From positions 600,711 to 664,710 of the forward strand of contig JBAQNJ010000001.1 in the NCBI GenBank assembly GCA_049303675.1: a stretch of 64,000 nt of DNA, given 5' to 3'. The position numbers and the translations under genes are program-made. Shown here one piece after another: positions 38,119 to 45,235 of this stretch; positions within the stretch are counted from its first letter, which is position 1, and each line of letters opens with the position of its first letter. Source of the DNA: Microgenomates group bacterium. GTDB taxonomy: Bacteria > Patescibacteriota > Microgenomatia > UBA12405. The notes below the pieces were generated by a model. It was given only the letters and a program-made list of their open reading frames with translations, searched no databases and had not been told where the DNA came from.

Positions 38119-39201
38119 CTATTGTCCTAGCAATTCTCTCATCCTCTCCAGCCCTTGTTTGTGTTCGGAAATTTCAAAATGGGCTCGAGCAGGGGCCAGT
38201 TTTTCAATTATCCACTCTGCCAGTGCATTTTTTAGATCGAGTGGGAACAGATCCCCCTTAGCATAGTCAGCCGCTACCTCAGCCAATTCGATATAGGTTT
38301 TATTACCCCCAAATTTCTCAGGTCGCTCAATTACTAGCTCTCCAGTTTCCTCACCCCAAAATACCAGTGTTTTTACCCAATTCAGCAGGGGATTGAACTC
38401 TATTTCTTTCGGTGGTCCATAGGCTTTCATTATTTTTGATCTAATTTCCTCAGGGGTATCATGCACAAAAATAGCACTATTTGGCTTTGATTTACTCATT
38501 TTCAGTGATTCCTCATCGTTTACACCAGCTTCAGGGGCTGTCAGTCCGGCAATCAAATTTTGGTGTATAGCTAGGGGTGTCCATTTACCTATTTTTTCAC
38601 CCACCTCAAGTGCAATCACATGAGCTTTGCGCTGATCAATCCCTCCATGGGCCAAATTGACATTCATAGTAAAGATGTCCGCCACTTGAAGTGGTGGGTA
38701 GAATAATGTGGCCATATCTACATCATTGCTTTGTTTTTTCCCCATAATCGAAATGGAGCGCAGGTTGCGACTTAGGGTCACAAATTTACCCACTCGCATA
38801 AAAGTTTCCCAGTGTTCAGGGTGTTGTTCGTACAATTCCTTACCACTGATAAACTCTACTTGTGATTCGTCCACATCAAAACACTTCAACGAGGCAATCA
38901 ATGCTTGTTTAAAGTAGCCATTCGTCGCTTCTCGAATATTTTCCCAGTTACCTCCCATTTTATTATTCAAAAACGAATGAAAGTCAGCCAAAAATATTTT
39001 ACATTTTACTCCTGCCTTCAAAAAATCCGCAATTTTCCCCATACTCATTAGTCCTGTCCCTAAATGGACTAGACCTGATATTTCAAAACCAATATAATGT
39101 TGAATCTCTTTTCCCGATTCAATTAATCCTATAAGTCCACCCTCTGTCAGCACTTCCTGACAGTTCCGAGTAATAAGTTTGAATTTTTCTTCCGTAGTCA
39201 T
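38119..39201 (-). CDS. tyrS: tyrosyl-tRNA synthetase, archaeal/eukaryotic type
   Basis: GFEISGLVHLGTGL (HIGH-like), KMSKS, and PEEIRSKIMKAYGPP closely resemble the archaeal TyrRS (GFEPSG..HLGH; KMSSS...PEEIRAKIKKAYCP). At 360 aa it is much shorter than bacterial TyrRS. Confidence 0.7.
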   Translation of the reverse strand: MTTEEKFKLITRNCQEVLTEGGLIGLIESGKEIQHYIGFEISGLVHLGTGLMSMGKIADFLKAGVKCKIFLADFHSFLNNKMGGNWENIREATNGYFKQALIASLKCFDVDESQVEFISGKELYEQHPEHWETFMRVGKFVTLSRNLRSISIMGKKQSNDVDMATLFYPPLQVADIFTMNVNLAHGGIDQRKAHVIALEVGEKIGKWTPLAIHQNLIAGLTAPEAGVNDEESLKMSKSKPNSAIFVHDTPEEIRSKIMKAYGPPKEIEFNPLLNWVKTLVFWGEETGELVIERPEKFGGNKTYIELAEVAADYAKGDLFPLDLKNALAEWIIEKLAPARAHFEISEHKQGLERMRELLGQ

Positions 39202-39253
39202 AGATAATGTATTATAGTTTAATAATTTGAAATTCGTAATTATTAATTCGTAA

Positions 39254-39967
39254 TTATTTCACTCTTTGCCCAAACACCAACAACCTTTTCCAATCAGTCC
39301 CAATCGGCCAGCATGTTTGGAGGATCAGCACCTCCCTTTCCGGATCAGAATATTTTAAATATTCAATTTCAGAAGCGTTAACAATTTTTTGCATATAAAC
39401 TTGATAGGTATAAATTTCACCTTCTTTGTCTACAAAAATAACATCATTATTTTTTAGCTCACCCAACAAATAGAATAGTGAGTTTTGTCTCACCATGCTT
39501 ATTCCTTGTTCAGTTGAGTGAGCAAAAATAAATGTCGATTTACCCAGTCCCGCCCCGACATCACTCGATCCCTTAGCCTGGGCGACTACACTATCTTTTA
39601 AAATCCGTGAATATTCCTTTTGGTCAAACGGCGACACGTTTTTGACAATATTGGCAAAAGCGCCAATTCTAGGAATGGTAATTGAGTATTCAGTCGAACC
39701 GATCTCAGTCGCCACGTTTGGAGTGGGCACTAATCGGGGATCCGCCGTCACCGCTACTGGACTATTTGCACTTTTCCAATAGCCTAAAACTGCTCCAGCT
39801 AATGGAAAATATAAGTAAACAGTATATATCACCGAAAGTAATAAAATTATGTTTCCTAGATGAAAAATAAACTTACTAATTTGATTTGGGTTGTTAAAAA
39901 TAATTCCCCTACCTTTTCGTATTTTTACCATTCTTCTCTTTGGCACTGGTCTAAAAAAATCCCACAT
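39254..39967 (-). CDS. sortase family transpeptidase
   Basis: N-terminal TM anchor and catalytic TLxTC-type motif LILQTCWP, with an upstream His (FAHSTEQG). Confidence 0.7.
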   Translation of the reverse strand: MWDFFRPVPKRRMVKIRKGRGIIFNNPNQISKFIFHLGNIILLLSVIYTVYLYFPLAGAVLGYWKSANSPVAVTADPRLVPTPNVATEIGSTEYSITIPRIGAFANIVKNVSPFDQKEYSRILKDSVVAQAKGSSDVGAGLGKSTFIFAHSTEQGISMVRQNSLFYLLGELKNNDVIFVDKEGEIYTYQVYMQKIVNASEIEYLKYSDPEREVLILQTCWPIGTDWKRLLVFGQRVK

Positions 39968-40040
39968 AATCTAATTGTAGCAGAATAAAATTCTGGCTAT
40001 AAATACGTAAGTATTCAATACATACCTCAAAAATATACAG

Positions 40041-40069
40041 TTGACATATGTATAGATGTGCCCTAATAT
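40041..40069 (+). promoter_or_regulatory. near-consensus sigma70-type promoter TTGACA-N17-TAATAT
   Basis: TTGACAtatgtatagatgtgcccTAATAT, ~245 nt upstream of the greA ATG, oriented toward greA. Confidence 0.45.
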
Positions 40070-40260
40070 AACTACCTGTGGCCCAAAAAATTACGCTTAC
40101 AGAAACCATAATCACCCGTTTACGGGATAGTGTTTCTGCGTACTTTAAAGCCATTATTTGCCTCAATAAATGAGACTGGTATTTTGTCAATACCACCTCA
40201 AATTAATATTAGGGGCTTTTTTTAGTACTTTTAGGTAAAATTTGGATTTTAAGACATAAT

Positions 40261-40305
40261 TTTGCCTAAAATTACAATCCCGATTTATCGGGAAGTTACA
40301 TTTTT
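40261..40305 (+). terminator. repeat/hairpin TTTGCCT...AATCCCGATTTATCGGGAAG followed by a T-run (attenuator-like) in the greA leader
   Basis: Palindrome CCCGATttaTCGGG (40279-40292) followed by gttacaTTTTTATT. Same motif family as at 45110-45160. Confidence 0.4.
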
Positions 40306-40313
40306 ATTAAATA

Positions 40314-40772
40314 ATGAGTAAAACTCTACTAACCCAAGAAGGGTTCCAAAAATTATCTGATGAACTGTTAGTTCTCAAAGCCAAGAGTGAACATCTCATT
40401 ACTCAAATCGAAGAGAGCGCCCAGCCGGACGAGTCCGGTGAAGATGGTCTGGCCACTCAGCTCAAAGAAGAGCTGGAAGTAGTCAATGAAAAAATTGACA
40501 ATATCGAGGATGCTCTTACCAACTCCGAGATAATTTCTGGCAGAATGTCCAAAACCCTGATTCAGGTTGGTTCAAAAGTAAAAATAAAATTAACTGGTAA
40601 TACCACCAAACTGTTTCATATCGTCAGCCACATCGAGGCGGATCCCCTTCAGCAAAAAATATCCGACCAGTCTCCACTCGGGCAGGCGCTGATGGGTAAA
40701 AAGATCAATGACACGGTTGAGTTTATGGCACCAGTAGGCAAGATCACCTACAAAATCGTCGCCATCAGCTAA
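40314..40772 (+). CDS. greA: transcription elongation factor GreA
   Basis: N-terminal coiled-coil (LTQEGFQKLSDELLVLK) and C-terminal FKBP-like domain (IISGRMSKTLIQVGSKVKIK). Confidence 0.85.
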   Translation: MSKTLLTQEGFQKLSDELLVLKAKSEHLITQIEESAQPDESGEDGLATQLKEELEVVNEKIDNIEDALTNSEIISGRMSKTLIQVGSKVKIKLTGNTTKLFHIVSHIEADPLQQKISDQSPLGQALMGKKINDTVEFMAPVGKITYKIVAIS

Positions 40773-40790
40773 CATAGTATAAAATAAGCT

Positions 40791-42716
40791 ATGTCAACCA
40801 TCGACCAACTGCGAAAAATTCGTTTGGAAAAAATAGCCAAGCTCAAAGAACTGGGAATTAATTCTTATCCTCCCCATTCCCAAAAAGACGCTTCCAATTT
40901 TGCCATCGTCAATACCTTTGAAAAATTTCAAGGCCAGACTCTTCATCTCTGTGGACGAATAATGTCCTTTCGCAAGCAGGGTGGCATTACTTTCGCCCAT
41001 ATTCAGGACGAATCTGCCAAAATACAAGTATTCATCCGCAAACAAACTCTCCAACCTACCAATGCTCAGAAGCAAATATTAGGATATGAGGATATTAGGT
41101 TATTAGACATCGGTGATTTTATTGAAGTAACTGGAGTTATCGACAAAACCTCCACTGGTGAAGTTTCGATTTTAGCTGATACTATTAAACTACTGACAAA
41201 ATCTATCCGTCCTTTACCGGAAAAGTGGTCAGGTATCAAAGATCAGGAGACCATATTTCGCCGCCGCTATTTGGATCTGATTATGAATGACGAGTCAAAG
41301 AAGTTGTTTATCCGAAAAGCCAAATTTTGGCAGCTAAATCGGCAGTTTCTCGCCGACAAGGGTTTTATCGAGGTCGAGACGCCCATTATGGAGTTAGTTA
41401 CTGGTGGTGCCGACGCCAAGCCCTTTATCACCCACCACAATGCTCTCGATCAGGATTTTTATCTACGTATCTCTAGCGAGCTTTATCAAAAAAGATTAAT
41501 CGGTGGTGGTTTTGAAAAAATCTACACCCTCGGTCCAAATTTTCGTAACGAAGGCATCGACGATGAACACTTGCAGGAATATTACCAATGCGAGTGGTAT
41601 TGGGCCTACGCCGATTATCGCCAAAATATGGAACTGGTTGAAGAGTTGTACAAATATATAGCCCAAAATTTATATGGTAAATATGTTTTTACCCGCGGCG
41701 AACATACATTCGATTTAAATGTAAACTGGCCCAGAATTAGTTATGGAGATCTCATCAAAAATCGTTTTCAGGTGGACATTCTTCTCGATTCAGAAGACAA
41801 AATTCTCAAAATATTAAAATCCCAAAAAATCGATACCAGTGGTCTCACCAATCGTGCCAGAATTGTCGACAATTTATGGAAAATAGTTAGACGTGAAATT
41901 GCCGGACCTATATTCATTATTGACGAACCAAAGTTTAGCTCACCTCTAGCCAAGTCACGAGAAGACAATCCTGATCTTACCGAGAGATTTCACGTCATTA
42001 TTGCTGGATCCGAATTAGGCAATGGTTATACCGAGCTCAATGACCCAGTTGACCAATTCGAACGTTTTGCCGATCAACAGAAAAACCGCGATTCCGGTGA
42101 CGACGAATCCCAGATGATGGACATTGATTTTGTCGAGATGTTGGAATGGGGCATGCCGCCTACTTCTGGCTGGGGCCACAGCGAGAGACTATTTTGGTTT
42201 TTTGAAAATGTTACTGCCCGCGAGGGGACACTCTTTCCTCAGATGAAATACGAGATAAGTGACGAGACTAGACGCATCTACAATTTACCCAAGCATCACG
42301 TCATTGCGCCTCGTCACGACGAAGCCTTGGCAAAGTCGGAAGCAGCTGGTCTTCAAAATAACAAAGTCGTCATTGGCAAAATCCTCGAATTCAACACTCA
42401 TCCCAATGCTGACAAATTACATGTTTTATTAGTTGATATTGGCAGCGACAAACTGCAAATAGTTTGCGGTGCTCACAATATCAAAGTGGGGGACATCGTC
42501 CCCGTCTCCCTAATAGGAGCCACGGTTTATGGTGATGAAATGGTGCCGTGGACTGTTGGGCCCTCCAAATTGCGAGGAGTCGACTCCAATGGCATGCTCT
42601 GTTCTACTCGCGAGCTCGGCCTCGGCCCCGACCACGACGGCATCTATTTATTATCTGAAGACCTCTCCTCACATCTCGGCGAGCCAGTTAATAAATATTT
42701 TAAAATTAATGGATAG
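40791..42716 (+). CDS. lysS: lysyl-tRNA synthetase (class II) with appended C-terminal tRNA-binding (Myf/Trbp111-like) domain
   Basis: N-terminal OB anticodon-binding domain and class II motifs (FRNEGIDDEHLQEY, GSELGNGYTEL, GWGHSERL). The extra ~130 aa VVIGKILEFNTHPNADKLHVLLVDIGSDKLQIVCGAHNIKVGD ... LRGVDSNGMLCSTRELGL match the tRNA_bind fold. Confidence 0.85.
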   Translation: MSTIDQLRKIRLEKIAKLKELGINSYPPHSQKDASNFAIVNTFEKFQGQTLHLCGRIMSFRKQGGITFAHIQDESAKIQVFIRKQTLQPTNAQKQILGYEDIRLLDIGDFIEVTGVIDKTSTGEVSILADTIKLLTKSIRPLPEKWSGIKDQETIFRRRYLDLIMNDESKKLFIRKAKFWQLNRQFLADKGFIEVETPIMELVTGGADAKPFITHHNALDQDFYLRISSELYQKRLIGGGFEKIYTLGPNFRNEGIDDEHLQEYYQCEWYWAYADYRQNMELVEELYKYIAQNLYGKYVFTRGEHTFDLNVNWPRISYGDLIKNRFQVDILLDSEDKILKILKSQKIDTSGLTNRARIVDNLWKIVRREIAGPIFIIDEPKFSSPLAKSREDNPDLTERFHVIIAGSELGNGYTELNDPVDQFERFADQQKNRDSGDDESQMMDIDFVEMLEWGMPPTSGWGHSERLFWFFENVTAREGTLFPQMKYEISDETRRIYNLPKHHVIAPRHDEALAKSEAAGLQNNKVVIGKILEFNTHPNADKLHVLLVDIGSDKLQIVCGAHNIKVGDIVPVSLIGATVYGDEMVPWTVGPSKLRGVDSNGMLCSTRELGLGPDHDGIYLLSEDLSSHLGEPVNKYFKING

Positions 42717-43140
42717 TTGTGGAATTTTTGAAAAATTCGATTTACAAAATAATTTAGTTAAAGAATATCAATATTGGTATATATTGATTCGTACCAGACA
42801 ATCATATCTTGGCAATTGTGTTGCAATTCTAAAGAGACATGTCTTCCCTATATCTCAACTAACACAGGAAGAAAGCGAAGAATATTCAAACTTAGTTAAA
42901 GAAGTCGAAATTAGTTTAATAAAATCATTTAATTGTGAATTTGTTCAAACCGCAACAATTATGTATATTGATAAACATGTACATACATTTATTTTTCCTC
43001 GATATCAGGGTAATATTGAATTTAACAACAAAACTTGGGTAGACGACAAAATCCCCGATCCCTTGATCAATAAATCTCCTGATTGTACTCCAGCAGATAT
43101 AGTTCTCATTAAAAATAAAATATTAGAAAATTTAAAATAA
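42709..43140 (+). CDS. HIT-like superfamily protein (divergent motif)
   Basis: KHVHTFIFPRY is positioned like the HxHxHxx histidine triad; the start overlaps the lysS stop (ATGGATAG). Weak. Confidence 0.35.
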   Translation: MDSCGIFEKFDLQNNLVKEYQYWYILIRTRQSYLGNCVAILKRHVFPISQLTQEESEEYSNLVKEVEISLIKSFNCEFVQTATIMYIDKHVHTFIFPRYQGNIEFNNKTWVDDKIPDPLINKSPDCTPADIVLIKNKILENLK

Positions 43141-43142
43141 TT

Positions 43143-43730
43143 ATGGATCATCAAAAATTTGCAGATGCAGTCAAATCAAATTTAGAAAATAATATTTACA
43201 ATCACTCGCTCTCTTTGGAAGCCTGCATGCTCGGTCTTTATGACTATTTCAAAGATAATAATTTGTTAGGTCCTACCGAGCCAACACGCGAAGAGTGGGG
43301 GATAGCTGGATTAATTCACGACATTGATTTTGCTGGAGATACCAAAGAATTACATCCTCTCCGCACCCGCGAAGTTTTGGCAAAATATGGCCTCGAAATA
43401 AATGATACTGTCCAACAAATTATTTTATCCCACGACAAACTTCAAAATATTTCTATGGATAGTAAGGCCAAATGGTCAATCTATTGTGCCGACTCGCTCA
43501 CTGGACTAATTACCGCTGTCGCCTTCGTCTACCCCGATCGTAAACTTTCTTCAGTCAAAGTTTCCTCAGTCTTAAAAAGATTTTTGAAGGAACCCAAGTT
43601 TGCCGCCGGCACCCGTCGTGACGAAGTCGCTGAATGTTCAAATCCCACAGGATTAAATATACCCATCGAAAAATTTATTGAAATCTGTCTCACCTCAATG
43701 CAATCTATTGCGGGAAATATTGGATTATAA
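43143..43730 (+). CDS. HD-domain phosphohydrolase
   Basis: HD motif AGLIHDID plus a downstream His/Asp (ILSHDK). Confidence 0.55.
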   Translation: MDHQKFADAVKSNLENNIYNHSLSLEACMLGLYDYFKDNNLLGPTEPTREEWGIAGLIHDIDFAGDTKELHPLRTREVLAKYGLEINDTVQQIILSHDKLQNISMDSKAKWSIYCADSLTGLITAVAFVYPDRKLSSVKVSSVLKRFLKEPKFAAGTRRDEVAECSNPTGLNIPIEKFIEICLTSMQSIAGNIGL

Positions 43731-43740
43731 TTTGGTACTT

Positions 43741-43785
43741 TCTCCCTTGTTAAAGGGAGATACGGCAAAGCCGAGAGGGATTAAA
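43741..43785 (+). repeat. palindromic repeat copy G, long form (TCTCCCTTGTTAAAGGGAGA-tacggcaaagccgag-AGGGATTAAA)
   Basis: Same stem-loop as copy B plus a ~15-nt insert resembling the insert in copy C (gcaaagcNgag). Confidence 0.8.
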
Positions 43786-43834
43786 TTTGCGGTATAAAAA
43801 ATAAATTTTAGTGCTAAAATAAAAGCATTCAATC

Positions 43835-45100
43835 ATGCTCGACATTAATTTAATTAGAACCAGCCCTGAAGTAGTCAAAAAGTCCCTAATCGACCGCCAA
43901 AAAGATGTCTCAATTCTCGACAAAGTCGTCGAACTCGATAAAAATTATCGCGATGTACTTAGTCAGGTTGAGGATTTGCGGGCCCAACAAAATAAAATCA
44001 GTAAAGAAATTAAAGGTAAACCCACCGAAGACCAATTAAAAATTGCCATAGAAATCAAAGAAAAATTAAAAATTATTGAAGAAACTCGTAACTCACAACT
44101 CGTAACTCTAAACTCCTTATTAGAGGAAATTCCCAATATTCCCGCCGATGATGTGCCTATAGGTAAGGATGACAACGACAATATAGTTATGAAAACTGTT
44201 GGCACAATTCCTATTTTTGATTTTACCCCCCTCGATCATATCGACCTTGGCGAAAGACTCGATATTCTCGATGTCAAAAAAGCCGGTGAGTTGTCCGGCT
44301 CTCGTTTTGGCTATTTCAAAAACGAAGGAGCTGTTCTGGAAATGGCCGTCATGTTTTACGCCTTCACCAAATTAACCAAAAAAGGCTGGCATGGTATGGT
44401 GCCGCCCACCATGATCAAAAGTAGCACCGAATGGGGATGTGGCTATGCTTCGAACAAAAATTTAATGGGTGCCTATTATTCTGTCCCCGAGGATGATTTG
44501 ATTTTTATCAGTAGCTCTGAGCATTCTGTTGTACCCTATCATTCCAATGAAGTTTTATCGGCAGACAAATTTCCCTTAAAATACGTCAATTACTCACCCT
44601 GTTTTCGCCGTGAAGCCGGTACCTATGGCAAGGATACCAGAGGAATGCTTCGGGTCCACAATTTCAATAAAGTGGAAATGAATGTTTTTACCCTCCCCGA
44701 CTTCAAAATTTCCGATGCCATGCAACTAGAAATGCTGGCAGTTGAAGAGGAGATTATGCAAGAACTTAGTTTGGCCTATCAGGTCATGAATTGTTGCACT
44801 GGGGACTTACCCCAGCCCAATCGCCGGATGTACGACATCAATACGTGGTTCCCCTCTCAAAACAAATATCGTGAGACCCAATCCTGCAGTACCTGCTCTG
44901 ACTACCAATCTCGCCGACTCAATACCAAAGTCAAAATCAATGGTCAAAATCAATTTGTTCATATTCTCAACGCTACCGTTATTACCGATCGCGCCGTTTT
45001 GGCAATTATCGAGAACTTCCAAACCAAAACCGGCACAATCCATATCCCCGAGGTCTTGTGGCCATTTACTGGCTTTCAATTCATCGGCCCTACTTTATAG
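43835..45100 (+). CDS. serS: seryl-tRNA synthetase
   Basis: N-terminal coiled-coil arm, class II motifs (FRREAG, GDLPQPNRRMYDINTWFPSQNKYRETQSCSTCSDYQSRRL). Confidence 0.9.
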   Translation: MLDINLIRTSPEVVKKSLIDRQKDVSILDKVVELDKNYRDVLSQVEDLRAQQNKISKEIKGKPTEDQLKIAIEIKEKLKIIEETRNSQLVTLNSLLEEIPNIPADDVPIGKDDNDNIVMKTVGTIPIFDFTPLDHIDLGERLDILDVKKAGELSGSRFGYFKNEGAVLEMAVMFYAFTKLTKKGWHGMVPPTMIKSSTEWGCGYASNKNLMGAYYSVPEDDLIFISSSEHSVVPYHSNEVLSADKFPLKYVNYSPCFRREAGTYGKDTRGMLRVHNFNKVEMNVFTLPDFKISDAMQLEMLAVEEEIMQELSLAYQVMNCCTGDLPQPNRRMYDINTWFPSQNKYRETQSCSTCSDYQSRRLNTKVKINGQNQFVHILNATVITDRAVLAIIENFQTKTGTIHIPEVLWPFTGFQFIGPTL

Positions 45101-45109
45101 AGGAGCCAC

Positions 45110-45160
45110 TTTGCCTCGCCGAAATCCCGATTTATCGGGACGTAGGCGGGCCAGAGCATC
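45110..45160 (+). terminator. repeat/hairpin TTTGCCT...AATCCCGATTTATCGGGACG followed by TCTTTTT, directly after the serS stop
   Basis: Palindrome CCCGATttaTCGGG (45126-45139), then a GC-rich insert and a T-run. Second copy of the 40261-40305 motif. Confidence 0.45.
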
Positions 45161-45235
45161 TTTTTACATTTTATAATTGGAAATTGCGATTTGTTTGGTT
45201 ATTGTTTCTTGGTTATTAAGCTATAATATCTCATC

